Part shown: piece after piece, positions 17,451-27,550 of the stretch
How the letters are laid out: every line of letters starts with the position of its first letter
How positions within the stretch are numbered: position 1 is the first letter of the stretch
DNA from: a virus
Taxonomy: Duplodnaviria; Caudoviricetes
Length of the DNA stretch: 61,843 bases
Virus record (IMG/VR): IMGVR_UViG_3300027965_000203
Location: 1-61,843 of that record
Direction: 5' to 3' (one strand)
Notes under the pieces: model-generated
Told to the model about the DNA's origin: nothing
The model's database searches: none
Seen by the model: only the letters and a program-made list of their open reading frames with translations
Position numbers and translations under genes: made by a program

Positions 17451-17873
17451 ATGCTGGCGCGCCATGTCGTCCGAGCGCTTGCCGCGGCAGCGCTCGCGTG
17501 GTCGCTTGCTGGGCTCGCGGGCGCGCCTGCCCACGGCCAGGAGGCGACCTCTTTCCAAGGTCAATCCCAGGCAGCCGGCACGCTCAATAGCTCGGCCGTC
17601 ATCGCCACCGGGAACACCTTCCAGACGGTGCTGCCGGCGCTGACCTCGACGGCCTATCCCGGGACGCCGGCGCGCCGCTCGCTGACCATCAACAACAACA
17701 ACGCGACCGACAGCTGCTGGATTTTCATCGGCAGCGGCAGCGCGAGTAAGGGCGCGTCGATCCTGCTCACCGCGGGGCAGACCTATCGCCGCGATTGGCC
17801 CTACGTGCCCTCCGACGCGATCCAGGCCACCTGCACGACGACGAGCGACACGCTCTATGTCGACACCCAGTGA
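17451..17873 (+). CDS. Signal-peptide-bearing beta-sandwich protein (decoration-like)
   Basis: MLARHVVRALAAAALAWSLAGLAGAPAHG; RRSLTINN...WIFIG...SILLTAG pattern; 2 Cys. Confidence 0.7.
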   Translation: MLARHVVRALAAAALAWSLAGLAGAPAHGQEATSFQGQSQAAGTLNSSAVIATGNTFQTVLPALTSTAYPGTPARRSLTINNNNATDSCWIFIGSGSASKGASILLTAGQTYRRDWPYVPSDAIQATCTTTSDTLYVDTQ

Positions 17874-18423
17874 GGCGCCGGCAGCCGCCGGCGCCTCTCC
17901 GGGCAAAGCGGGCCGCCCGTCGCTCTACAGCCACGACCTTGCGGAGACGATCTGCCGCCTGATCGTCACCCCTGATCCTACGACGGGCCGCCCACAATCG
18001 GTGCGCTCGATCTGCCAGCGCGAGGACATGCCGCACCGCGACACGGTCTATGGCTGGCTTCTGGTGCACAAGGATTTCGCCGAGCTCTATGGCCGCGCCA
18101 TGGAGCTGCGCGCCGATCAGATGTTCGATGAGTGCCTGGACATCGCCGACGACGCACGGGGTGACTATCGCGTCGAGCCGCTCGGGGACGAGGGGATCGC
18201 GGTCGAGATCGTCGACAAGGAGAACATCGCCCGCGCGCGCCTGCGCATCGACACCCGCAAATGGATGGCGGGCAAGATGGCGCCGAAGAAGTACGGAGAT
18301 CGCCTGGTCAATGAGCACGTCGGCAAGAACGGCGGCCCGATCGAGACCAAGGACGTGACCGACGACAAGACGCGGGCCCGGGCGCTCGCTGCCTTCATCG
18401 CCAAAACTCGGAAGCGGGCCTGA
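17857..18423 (+). CDS. terS: Terminase small subunit (Sf6 gp1-like)
   Basis: GRPSLYS..LAETIC...SVRSIC..EDMP...TVYGWL...F...Y.RA...ARLRIDTRKWMAGKMAPKKYGD. Confidence 0.93.
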   Translation: MSTPSEAPAAAGASPGKAGRPSLYSHDLAETICRLIVTPDPTTGRPQSVRSICQREDMPHRDTVYGWLLVHKDFAELYGRAMELRADQMFDECLDIADDARGDYRVEPLGDEGIAVEIVDKENIARARLRIDTRKWMAGKMAPKKYGDRLVNEHVGKNGGPIETKDVTDDKTRARALAAFIAKTRKRA

Positions 18424-18424
18424 T

Positions 18425-20059
18425 GTGGGCGCGCTCGATGACCTCGAGGCCTATGTCGCGTCGCTGGACGAGACGCAAAAGGCGCAGCTCGACCAGCTGA
18501 TCGCCCCGGAGCTCGCCTCGATCTGGCTCCCCGAGCCGGACAACAAGCCGCAGTGTGAGGCCTACTGGTCGCTCGCGGACTTGCTGCTGTTCGGCGGGGG
18601 CGCCGGCGGCGGCAAGACCGATCTGCTCGCCGGCACGGCGCTGACCCAGCACCGACGGGCCGTCATCTTCCGGCGCCAAGCGGTCGATCTACGCGGCCTC
18701 GAGGACCGCATCATCGAAATTGCCGGCCGCGAGGGCTGGAACGGGGCGGATAAGATCCTGCGCCGGCCGCCCTGCGTGCTCGAGCTCGGCCACCTGCAGA
18801 AGCCGGGCGCCGAGCTCTCCTGGCAGGGCCGGCCGCACGATTTCTTCGGGTTTGACGAGGGCGCGCAGATCCCACGCGCCAAGGTGCAGTTCGTGCTGGG
18901 GTGGCTTCGCTCGGTCGACGGCAGCCAGCGCAAGCGGGCGATCATCGCGTCGAACCCGCCGACCGGCGGCGAGGGCGAGTGGCTGATCGAATGGTTCGCG
19001 CCCTGGCTCGATGAGCGCTTTCCGAACCCGGCAAAGCAGGGGGAACTGCGCTGGGCGGCGACCGCGCCGGACCGCGAGGGAACCACGATCTGGCTGCCGG
19101 ACGGCTCGCCGATCGTCTTCACGGGGCTCAAGGATTACCGCCCCGCCACGGCGGAAGAGATCGCGAGCAACGATGCGCGGGTGGTGCAGCCGCTGACGCG
19201 GACTTTCATCCAGTCGCTGCTCGACAACAATCCCTACCTCGCCAAGACGGGGTACCGGGCGCAGATCCAGAGCCTGCCGGAACCGCTGCGCTCGCAGCTG
19301 CTCAACGGCGATTTCGTGGTCGGGCGCAAGGACCATGAATGGCAGGTGATCCCGACCGCCTGGGTCAAGGCCGCGCAGGCACGCTGGACCGCGACCCCGC
19401 CGATCGGCGCGCAGATGACGGCGATCGGCGTCGACGTCGCCCAGGGCGGTGATGACTCGACCACGATCGCGCCGCGCTACGGCCCCTGGTACGCCGAGCT
19501 CGTCAAGCGACCCGGGATCGAGACGCCGCGGCCGTCCGATGTGGCCGGCCTGGTCGTGACGGTGCGTCGGCACAAGGCCGTCGTGATCGTCGACGTCGGC
19601 GGCGGCTACGGCGGCGGCGTCAAGGAGCGGCTGGAAGAGAACAACGTCGACGTGCGCCCCTTCAATGGCGCCGCCGAGTCGCAGGCGCGCACCAAGGACA
19701 AGCAGCTCGGCTTCCGCAACCTCCGGGCAGCGGCTTGGTGGGGTTTTCGCGAGGCGCTCGATCCGGATCAGGAGGGCGGCTCGCAGATCGCGCTGCCGCC
19801 GAGCCCGACATTGCTCGCGGACCTCACCGCGGTGCGCTGGAAGCTCTCTTCCGGCGGCATCCAGGTCGAGGACAAAGAGATCATCAAGAAAGCCGACCGG
19901 CTCGGCCGCTCGCCCGACGAAGGCGACGCGGTTGTGCAGGCCTGGGCGGAAGGCGAGCGCGCAATCGTCGCGAAGCTGCGCAAGGCGGCGCGCGGTGCGG
20001 CGCCCCCGCAGACCCCGGTGACCGTCGGCGAGCGCGGCGCCGGCTGGCTCGGCCGATAG
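18425..20059 (+). CDS. terL: Terminase large subunit
   Basis: GGGAGGGKT Walker A, FDEG Walker B, ASNPP, nuclease IGVDVAQGGDD and GRSPDEGDA. Confidence 0.95.
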   Translation: MGALDDLEAYVASLDETQKAQLDQLIAPELASIWLPEPDNKPQCEAYWSLADLLLFGGGAGGGKTDLLAGTALTQHRRAVIFRRQAVDLRGLEDRIIEIAGREGWNGADKILRRPPCVLELGHLQKPGAELSWQGRPHDFFGFDEGAQIPRAKVQFVLGWLRSVDGSQRKRAIIASNPPTGGEGEWLIEWFAPWLDERFPNPAKQGELRWAATAPDREGTTIWLPDGSPIVFTGLKDYRPATAEEIASNDARVVQPLTRTFIQSLLDNNPYLAKTGYRAQIQSLPEPLRSQLLNGDFVVGRKDHEWQVIPTAWVKAAQARWTATPPIGAQMTAIGVDVAQGGDDSTTIAPRYGPWYAELVKRPGIETPRPSDVAGLVVTVRRHKAVVIVDVGGGYGGGVKERLEENNVDVRPFNGAAESQARTKDKQLGFRNLRAAAWWGFREALDPDQEGGSQIALPPSPTLLADLTAVRWKLSSGGIQVEDKEIIKKADRLGRSPDEGDAVVQAWAEGERAIVAKLRKAARGAAPPQTPVTVGERGAGWLGR

Positions 20060-20081
20060 ATAGGTTTTGGCAGTCCCGAAC

Positions 20082-22262
20082 ATGGCCGACGATGACGACA
20101 ATCTCGCCGGCCTGACCGGCGATGACCGCATCGTCCAGGAGGCGCGCGACGACTTCAAGCGCTGGCTCGATTGGGAGAGCGACTGCCATAAGTGGTTCCG
20201 CGAGGACACGCGCTTCGCGAATGCGGATGCGAGGAACGGCCACCAGTGGCCGGACAAAATCTACCAGGACCGCGACAACGACGATCGCCCGTGTCTCACG
20301 ATCAACAAGACGCGCACGCACAACCGCATCATCATCAATGAGGCGATGGAGAACAAATCCTCCATCAAGATCAGGCCCACCGGCGGGGAGGCGAGCTACG
20401 AAGGCTCGCAGGTGATGCAGGCGATCATCCGCCGCATCGAGTACATCTCGAAGGCGACGATCGCGTACCGCAAGGCGATTACGGATCAGGTGACGGGCGG
20501 CTTCGGCTACATCACGCTGCGCACCGACTACGTCAACGACAAGAGCCGCGACCAGGATATCTACATCTGCCAGGTCCGCGACCCGCTCTGCGTCGGCCTC
20601 GACCCCGACGCGATCGAGCCGGACGGATCGGACGCGAATTTCGGGCTGATCTTCGAGAACCACCTGCGCAAGCGGTTCTTCCGCAACCCGAAGTACCGCA
20701 AATGGAAGGGCAAGATCGGCACGACAACGCTCGGCGCCGACCAGACCTGGCTCTCCGACACGCACATCAAGACGTGCATGTACTACCGCCGCACGGGCAA
20801 GAGCGACACGCTCGTGGTCTATACCGAGCCGCAGAGCGGCCAGCAGGTCAGCGTCTTCAAGTCCGAGCAGGAGCGGGAGCTGATCGAGCCGATCATTGCG
20901 CAAATTCAGGGCGGCGAGCTCGACGGCTATATCCGCGAGGACGTGATGCGCCAGTCGGTCGAATGGTTCCTGATCGCCGGCGACAAGGTCATCGACCGCG
21001 GCAAGTGGGCGGGCAAATACATCCCGATCATCCGCCTAGTCGGCGAGGAAGTCATCATCGACGGCAAGCTCGATCGCAAGGGCATGACGCGCTACCTGAT
21101 CGACCAGCAGCGCATGCTCAATTACAACGCCTCGGGCCAAGTAGAATTCGGCGCCCTGCAGTCGAAATCGCCCTGGGTCGGGCCGGCGCGCGCCTTCGAG
21201 GGCCAGGAGGCCTGGAAAGACGCCAATCGCAAGAACTACGCGTTCCTGCAGTACAATGACGTCGACGAAGACAATCCCGGGACCGCGATCCAGGCGCCGC
21301 AGCGCCAGCAGCCGCCGCAGACCTCGCCGGTCTATGCCGAAGGCATGGCCGACGCCGAGCGCCAGATGATGATGGCGTCGGGCCAGTACCAGACCAAGAT
21401 GGGGGAAGAGGATCAGCAGGCTGCGGCCTCGGGCCGCGCCATCAACGCGCGCCAGCGGCAGGGGGACGTCGCGACCTATCACTTCATCGAGCATCAGGGC
21501 GACATGTACCGGTTCACCGGCATGCAGCTGCTCGACCTGATCCCGAAAATCTACGACACCGAGCGCACCCTGCACGTGCTCGGCGAGGACGGGACCAAGC
21601 GCTGGATCAAGATCGACCCCGACTCGAAGCAGGCCGTCACCGAGCTCAAAAAGGAGACCGAAGAGGCGGCCGAGCTCGCGTTCAACCCGTCGATCGGCGA
21701 ATACGACTGCATGGCCGATGTGGGCCCGAACTACGCCACCCAGCGGCAGGAAGCCTGGAACGCCATCACCATCATCCTGCAGCAGAATGCCCAGCTCGCC
21801 GGCATCATCGGCGATCTCCTGTTCAAGTTCGGCGACTTCCCGGGCGCGGACGAGATCATGGAGCGCCTCAAGCGCGAGATCCAGGCGACCAAGCCCTACC
21901 TCTTCTCCAAGGATGCCGACCCGGGCATGGTCGCGCTGCAGCAGCAGGTGCAGAAGCTCGGCGCCCTCAATGGCGAACTCATGCACAAGCTCGCCGAGAT
22001 GCAGTTGACGCTACGCGGCAAGGACGAGAAGCGCGGCGTCGAGGCCTACAACGCCGAGACGAACCGCATCCACAAGCTCGGCGTCACCGCCAAGGACCTG
22101 GGCTACGACGTGCTCGCCCCGGCGATCCGGCAGGTGCTCTCGGAAATGCTCGGCCATCCGCTGACCGGCGAGGATCACGCCATCCAGGGCGCGATCGATC
22201 TCGATGCGCACATGCGCGAGGCGCCGCCGCCGGCCGACTCCGCGCCCGAGGGCGCCGCATGA
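20082..22262 (+). CDS. Portal protein (P22 gp1-like)
   Basis: GHQWP...RPCLTINK, SGRAINARQRQGD, DVGPNYATQRQEA; follows terL. Confidence 0.93.
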   Translation: MADDDDNLAGLTGDDRIVQEARDDFKRWLDWESDCHKWFREDTRFANADARNGHQWPDKIYQDRDNDDRPCLTINKTRTHNRIIINEAMENKSSIKIRPTGGEASYEGSQVMQAIIRRIEYISKATIAYRKAITDQVTGGFGYITLRTDYVNDKSRDQDIYICQVRDPLCVGLDPDAIEPDGSDANFGLIFENHLRKRFFRNPKYRKWKGKIGTTTLGADQTWLSDTHIKTCMYYRRTGKSDTLVVYTEPQSGQQVSVFKSEQERELIEPIIAQIQGGELDGYIREDVMRQSVEWFLIAGDKVIDRGKWAGKYIPIIRLVGEEVIIDGKLDRKGMTRYLIDQQRMLNYNASGQVEFGALQSKSPWVGPARAFEGQEAWKDANRKNYAFLQYNDVDEDNPGTAIQAPQRQQPPQTSPVYAEGMADAERQMMMASGQYQTKMGEEDQQAAASGRAINARQRQGDVATYHFIEHQGDMYRFTGMQLLDLIPKIYDTERTLHVLGEDGTKRWIKIDPDSKQAVTELKKETEEAAELAFNPSIGEYDCMADVGPNYATQRQEAWNAITIILQQNAQLAGIIGDLLFKFGDFPGADEIMERLKREIQATKPYLFSKDADPGMVALQQQVQKLGALNGELMHKLAEMQLTLRGKDEKRGVEAYNAETNRIHKLGVTAKDLGYDVLAPAIRQVLSEMLGHPLTGEDHAIQGAIDLDAHMREAPPPADSAPEGAA

Positions 22263-22525
22263 CCGATATCGTCGATGAACTGGCCATTATCGCCAAGGAC
22301 GGCGGGCGCCTCTCGCCACGCGATTGTGCGCTGATCGCGCGCGCCGCCGCCGAGCTCGAGCATACGAGCGCGCTGCTGATCAAGACGCAGGCCGCGATGC
22401 TGGAAGCGCAGGCGAAGCAGCTTGCGACCGCGGAACGCTTGCTCGAGCAAAGGCGGCCAGCCCTCGCGCATTGGCACGGCACGTTCGTGTGGCCGGCCGG
22501 CAACTGGAGCATCCCATGCCGCTGA
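22259..22525 (+). CDS. Hypothetical protein
   Basis: ATGA coupling to the portal gene. Confidence 0.5.
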   Translation: MTDIVDELAIIAKDGGRLSPRDCALIARAAAELEHTSALLIKTQAAMLEAQAKQLATAERLLEQRRPALAHWHGTFVWPAGNWSIPCR

Positions 22526-22968
22526 TGGTCGACGGCGAGCTCCTGCAGGACGATGAAGTCCGCAAGCTCATGGCGCTGGTCGAAAACGACGCCAAGAAGG
22601 TCGCCGGCGAATTCCACGGCATGAAGCGTTCGGCCAAGTTCCGGGCGATGTGGCCGAACGAGTACGTGTTCGCCGAGCAGAACTGGAAGAATTTCGTGGT
22701 CGCGGTGCGGATGATGTACGCCGAGCGCCTCGCCGATCAGAAGACCAGGCCCGAAGAGGCCGAGACAATGTTCCGGGCGCTCTGCGTCCAGGCGATGATG
22801 GGCGCGGGACCGAACGCGCCGGCGCCGATCCAGTCGCTGCCGAACACGGAGAATTTCGTCGGCGACAAGACCGAGAACAAGGTCATCGACGAAAGCTTCG
22901 GCGTCGGCCAGGGGCCGGGCAGCCTCAAGTCGCGCATGCTGCGCACGGCCGGGCGTCGGCTGAATTAG
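22516..22968 (+). CDS. Phage hypothetical protein
   Basis: Start at ATG 22516 (MPLMVDGE); high GC3 codon usage. Confidence 0.65.
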   Translation: MPLMVDGELLQDDEVRKLMALVENDAKKVAGEFHGMKRSAKFRAMWPNEYVFAEQNWKNFVVAVRMMYAERLADQKTRPEEAETMFRALCVQAMMGAGPNAPAPIQSLPNTENFVGDKTENKVIDESFGVGQGPGSLKSRMLRTAGRRLN

Positions 22969-22979
22969 GAGAATGTCGC

Positions 22980-23819
22980 ATGGCAGAAGAGCCGTTGGTC
23001 CCTGAGGTGACACATGCTCCGGAGCCGCCCGTCGAGCCGGCGGTGACACCGCCTGCACCGGTCGCCGCCGACCCGCCTGCGCCCGCGCCCGAACCGCCTG
23101 CGCCGCCCGCGGCGGTCGATCCGGCCGCGCCGCGCGAGCACGGCAACAAGGGCCGCCAGCCCTGGTATCTCACCCGCATCAGCGAGGCCGAGCACGCCAA
23201 GCGGCAGGCGAACGAGGCGCGCGAGGCGGAGAAGCGCCGCGCCGATGCGGCGGAGGAAATGCTCGCCCGCCTGCAGCGCGGCGAGCAGCCGACCGGGACG
23301 CAGCCGCCGGCCCCGCAGCGCCAGCCCGGCCAGTCGCAAGAGGAATTCCAGCGCGAGGTGAAGGCGGAGGCGCAGCGCCAGCGCATCTTCGAGGACACGG
23401 TCGCGGTGCGCGATGCCGGCCTGGAGAAATTCCCCGACTTCAACGAAACGCTCAATGTCCTCACCGCGATCGGGCTCACCCGCGACGACGTCGTCGCGGA
23501 CCTGATCGCGGTCGACAAGGCCAATGCGCACGCGATCCTCGACAAGCTCGCCAAGGATCAGGACAAGGCGGCCGCGATCGCGGCCATGAGCCCGGCGCGC
23601 CGAATCGCCGAATTCACGAGGATGTCGATGGCCGAGACCGAGAAGCCTGCGCCGCAGCCCGCACCCGCACCGAAGCCTGCCGCACCCAGCAAAGCGCCGC
23701 CGCCGCCGCCCAAGCTCGCGCCGGTCGCGGAGCGCCCGGAAGGCGAGGACTTCAGCGACGATCGCTCCGACGAGGAATGGTCGGCGGCATGGGATCGCAA
23801 GTTCCTGAAGCGCGCCTGA
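22980..23819 (+). CDS. Capsid scaffolding protein
   Basis: ATG after AGGAG; Pro-rich ends, coiled coil, KFPDF, SKAPPPP, acidic-Trp C-terminus; precedes the coat gene. Confidence 0.8.
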   Translation: MAEEPLVPEVTHAPEPPVEPAVTPPAPVAADPPAPAPEPPAPPAAVDPAAPREHGNKGRQPWYLTRISEAEHAKRQANEAREAEKRRADAAEEMLARLQRGEQPTGTQPPAPQRQPGQSQEEFQREVKAEAQRQRIFEDTVAVRDAGLEKFPDFNETLNVLTAIGLTRDDVVADLIAVDKANAHAILDKLAKDQDKAAAIAAMSPARRIAEFTRMSMAETEKPAPQPAPAPKPAAPSKAPPPPPKLAPVAERPEGEDFSDDRSDEEWSAAWDRKFLKRA

Positions 23820-23857
23820 TCGTCTCGATTTCCTGATCTTCACATTTTGATTTCGTC

Positions 23858-24054
23858 CCGGCGCAAGCCGGTGGCGGCATTAGCCGCATCACGTATCCGC
23901 AGCTCGTGACTGCGTCGACTGGCAAAGCGCCCCGCCCGGAACGGTCACCCGGTGGCGATCGCCTGATCGCATCCCGCCTCTCTCGGCCTCGGGACCCGAG
24001 CGAACCCGCGACTTCGGTCGCCTCCCCAAAATTCAGCGCCCTTCGAGGTGGCGC
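23858..24054 (+). ncRNA. Candidate structured RNA / 5' leader of the coat gene
   Basis: About eight consecutive short hairpins, including CCGGC-GCAA-GCCGG (23858-23871) and GCGAC-TTCG-GTCGC (24008-24021). Confidence 0.4.
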
Positions 24055-24074
24055 GAACCTGACGGGTCCCTCCT

Positions 24075-25325
24075 ATGGGCAATTCGCTTCTCACCCCGAG
24101 CATGATCACGCGCTATGCGATCAAGCTCTTCCTCAATACGAACTACTTCATCCAGAACATCTCGCGCCAGTACGACAACCAATTCGGTGAGGAAGGCGCG
24201 AAGATCGGCGCGCAGCTGCGCATTCGCCTGCCCAACGACTACACCGTCACCGACGGCCCGGGCATCGCGCTGCAGGACACTTCCGAGCAGCAGGTGGTGC
24301 TGACCGTCGCGACGCAGCGCCATGTCGACGTCGCCTTCACGACCGCCGAGCGCACCCTCTCCCTCGACGACTACGCCGAGCGCATCATGCTCCCGCGCGT
24401 CAACGTGCTCACCGGCAACGTCGCGCAGACCATCATGCTGGGCTCCGAAGGCGGCGTGTGCAACGCGACCGCGAATGTGGACGCCAACAACAACATCCTC
24501 GCCGTGACCGAGACGCCGTTCGTGATCGGTGGCGCGGTGCTCGACGACAACTCGGCGCCGATGATGCCGGGCCGCAAGGTCGTCAACGACCCCCACACCG
24601 ACGCCAAGACCATGGTCGCGCTGCGCGGGCTGCTCAATCCCGTGACCGAGATCAGCGCCCAGTTCCGCTCCGGCGGGATGCGCAACGGTCTCGGCTTCGA
24701 GAAGTGGTTCCGCGACCAGACCGTGATCAAGCACACCACGGGCTCGCTGGTGAACGGCACCGTGAACGGCGCCGGCCAGACCGGCACGCTTCTCAACGTC
24801 AACGCGCTCGGCGGCACCATCAACCAGGGCGACGTCTTCTCGATCGCCGGCGTCTTCGCCGTCAACCGCGTCACCAAGGCCTCGACCGGGCAGCTGCGCC
24901 AGTTCGTGGCCACGGCCAACGTCGCCGCGAACGCGACGCAGATCCCGATCTATCCGGCGCTGATCCCGCCGGCGTCCGCCGTGCCCTACGCCTCGCTGCC
25001 ATACACCCCGCAGCAGTACCAGACCGTGACGGCGAGCCCGGCGAACAATGCGACCATCACGCCGTTCGCCAACGCGAGCGTGACCTATCGCAAGTCGATC
25101 GCGTATGCGCCCGACGCGATCACCATGGTGGTCGCCCCGCTGTGGATGCCGCCCGGCGGCCGCGGCGTCATCGAGGCGACGCGCCATACCATGGACAACG
25201 TCTCGATGCGCTCGCTCGTCTGCTACGAGCCCGGCACCGATCAGCCGGTCGACCGGCTCGATGTCCTCTTCGGCTACTACTACGTCCGCCCGGAATGGGC
25301 GAACCAGGTCTGCGACAGCCTGTAA
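24075..25325 (+). CDS. Major capsid protein (P22 gp5-like)
   Basis: MGNSLLTPSMIT...RQYDNQF...KIGAQLRIRLP...GDVFSIAGVFAVN...RLDVLFGY...RPEWA. Confidence 0.93.
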   Translation: MGNSLLTPSMITRYAIKLFLNTNYFIQNISRQYDNQFGEEGAKIGAQLRIRLPNDYTVTDGPGIALQDTSEQQVVLTVATQRHVDVAFTTAERTLSLDDYAERIMLPRVNVLTGNVAQTIMLGSEGGVCNATANVDANNNILAVTETPFVIGGAVLDDNSAPMMPGRKVVNDPHTDAKTMVALRGLLNPVTEISAQFRSGGMRNGLGFEKWFRDQTVIKHTTGSLVNGTVNGAGQTGTLLNVNALGGTINQGDVFSIAGVFAVNRVTKASTGQLRQFVATANVAANATQIPIYPALIPPASAVPYASLPYTPQQYQTVTASPANNATITPFANASVTYRKSIAYAPDAITMVVAPLWMPPGGRGVIEATRHTMDNVSMRSLVCYEPGTDQPVDRLDVLFGYYYVRPEWANQVCDSL

Positions 25326-25345
25326 GCGGCTGACGCCTGACGCAA

Positions 25346-25377
25346 TCGCGGCGGCGCCCGCACCAGCGCCGCCGCGA
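25346..25377 (+). other. 12-bp stem hairpin after the coat gene
   Basis: TCGCGGCGGCGC-N8-GCGCCGCCGCGA; no U-tract, so more likely an mRNA stabiliser than an intrinsic terminator. Confidence 0.5.
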
Positions 25378-25413
25378 CCCGCCGAAATCTAGAAAAAATC
25401 TAGGAGCCTGCCC

Positions 25414-25968
25414 ATGTCGCTTTTCCGCGACCCGCTCACCCATCACCTCATCGGAATTGAGCAAGCGCCTGCGCAGGCGTCCAAAACCGACGTCGAATTC
25501 CCGAAATGGGTGGTTCCGCACCCGAGCCATGTGGTCGACACGAGCGGCCACATCTCGGTTGCCGATTTCGCCCACCATATCGATCGAGCCGGCAAGGTGA
25601 CCGTGCTGGTCAAGGATGCCGGCGAGGAAGCCGAGGCCTTGGCAGAGAAGTCCGACAAGCCGCGGCTGCGCGTCGTGCCCGATGCGCCGGAGGATGTCTC
25701 GGCCGGCAAGCCGCTCTCGCCGCTCTGGCCCGCACCCGCGACCGAGCCGGCCGAGATCGACCCGATCGAGGCCAATCACGCGGCGGCGCTCAAGAATGTC
25801 GAGCAGTTCGTCACCGATCAGCACCAGCACGATCGCCATGCGGCGCCCGCGCTGGTCGCGGCGACCGGTGCGCTGCCGAACCCCGACGGCAAGGTGCTGG
25901 CGATTAATCCCGAGACGCCGCCAGCTCCGGAGCCGACCGGCGCCGAGGACGACGACATTTTCTACTGA
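25414..25968 (+). CDS. Phage hypothetical protein
   Basis: AGGAG RBS; EFPKWV motif common in genes following P22-like coat genes. Confidence 0.7.
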   Translation: MSLFRDPLTHHLIGIEQAPAQASKTDVEFPKWVVPHPSHVVDTSGHISVADFAHHIDRAGKVTVLVKDAGEEAEALAEKSDKPRLRVVPDAPEDVSAGKPLSPLWPAPATEPAEIDPIEANHAAALKNVEQFVTDQHQHDRHAAPALVAATGALPNPDGKVLAINPETPPAPEPTGAEDDDIFY

Positions 25969-26012
25969 GCGCGCTCGCGCGCGCCTTCCGACACCAACGC
26001 CACGGAGCACCC

Positions 26013-26750
26013 ATGACCATCGAATATCTCGATCCCGAGATCGCCAATGAGGGCCAGCGCGCCGACATGATGCCGGGCGTGGTCGACGACGACGGCGCCT
26101 TCCAGCCGATGGTGGAGAAGCCGCATATCCCGACCTATGAGGGTATCAAGTCGATCAAGCACCTCTTCCCGCAGTTCTCCAACGTGCCCTATCGGCACAA
26201 GGCGTTCCCGGCGATCTTCTATCACGCGACCGAGAAGCCGCGCCTGGTGCGCACGCCGGAGGCCGCGGCCGCGCTCGGCGTCACCTGGAACAAGGGCGAG
26301 CATCGCTTCGACTGCGCCGGCGAATGGAAGGCAAAGCCGGTCGTTGCGCCCAAGCCCGCGCATGACGGCCCGGGCAAGAGCCTGATGGAGGCGCAGCAGA
26401 CGCGCGCGCAGGGCCAGTCCGAGCTGATCGGCGCCGTCGTCGCCGCCGTGATCGCGCAGATGAAGAACGCGCCGGCCGCCGCACCAACCGCGGCCGCGCA
26501 AATCGCAGCCGATCCGGACTATGCGGAATTCCTTGCCTTCAAGGCGTGGAAGAACGGCGAGCGCGCCCCAATTGCAGCTGCGACCATGGACGTCGCGCCG
26601 GCGGTGCAGCTCGCATCCGACAACCCGAACAAGCTCACCGAGGCGGAAGAGCGCGAGGTCCTGCTCGAGGCCGCAGCCGAGCGCGACATTCCGGTTGACG
26701 ATGCGTGGAGCCTCGATCGCATCAAGGAAGCGCTCGACGAAGTGGCGTGA
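26013..26750 (+). CDS. Phage hypothetical protein with a C-terminal HeH/LEM-like helical domain
   Basis: GGAG RBS; REVLLEAAAERDIPVDDAWSLDRIKEAL. Confidence 0.7.
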   Translation: MTIEYLDPEIANEGQRADMMPGVVDDDGAFQPMVEKPHIPTYEGIKSIKHLFPQFSNVPYRHKAFPAIFYHATEKPRLVRTPEAAAALGVTWNKGEHRFDCAGEWKAKPVVAPKPAHDGPGKSLMEAQQTRAQGQSELIGAVVAAVIAQMKNAPAAAPTAAAQIAADPDYAEFLAFKAWKNGERAPIAAATMDVAPAVQLASDNPNKLTEAEEREVLLEAAAERDIPVDDAWSLDRIKEALDEVA

Positions 26751-26782
26751 TCGCCACGCGCCTTTGAGATCGGACCGGCACC

Positions 26783-27541
26783 ATGGCCATCAACGCCCAA
26801 GCGCTGCCGGTCCCGACCGTGCAGGACATCATCACCGATGCCCTGATCGACGCCGGCGTCGAGGGCGTCGACGAAATGATCGAGCAGCCGGTCCTCAACC
26901 GGTCGTTCAAACAGGCGAATTACCTGCTCGCCGAATGGCAGGTGCAGCGTTACATGGTCTACCACCTGGTGGACTATGCCTTCGTGTCGACGGGCGCGCA
27001 GAGCTATACGGTCGGCGTCGGCGGGAATTTCAACGTCAATCCGCGCCCGGATCGCCTGGAAAGCGCGTTTCTGCGCCAGCTGCAGCCGAGCGGCGGGGCA
27101 GGAAGCCAGGTCGATTACCCGCTGGAGATCCTGCCCGCGCGCGAGGACTACAACCGCATCGTGCTGAAGACGCTCGGCACCTTCGCCAACAGCATCTTCT
27201 ATGACAGCGGCTGGCCGAACGGCCTGCTCTATCCCTGGCCGATCCCGCAGGCGTCGATCTACGAGATACATGCGACGTTCAAGGAGACGCTGCCGCAATT
27301 CGTGAACTTGCAGGACAAGGTCAACCTGCCGCCGCTCTATCACGCGGCCCTGCAATGGAACCTGGCCGAGCGCTACCGGGCGACCAACCAGCTCCCCGAG
27401 GATCCCAAGATCAGCTCGGTCGCCAAGCGCACGCGCAACGCGATCCGATTGGGCAATGTGCAGGTGCCGCTGCTCACCATGCCGCGGGCGCTCCGCCGGC
27501 AAGGCAATGCCGCCTACAACTACAAATCCGACACGCCATAG
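26783..27541 (+). CDS. Head-tail adaptor (P22 gp4-like)
   Basis: TVQDIITDALIDAGV...NYLLAEW...LYPWPIP...LPPLYHAALQWNLAER; position. Confidence 0.8.
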   Translation: MAINAQALPVPTVQDIITDALIDAGVEGVDEMIEQPVLNRSFKQANYLLAEWQVQRYMVYHLVDYAFVSTGAQSYTVGVGGNFNVNPRPDRLESAFLRQLQPSGGAGSQVDYPLEILPAREDYNRIVLKTLGTFANSIFYDSGWPNGLLYPWPIPQASIYEIHATFKETLPQFVNLQDKVNLPPLYHAALQWNLAERYRATNQLPEDPKISSVAKRTRNAIRLGNVQVPLLTMPRALRRQGNAAYNYKSDTP

Positions 27542-27550
27542 GAGAGAGAG

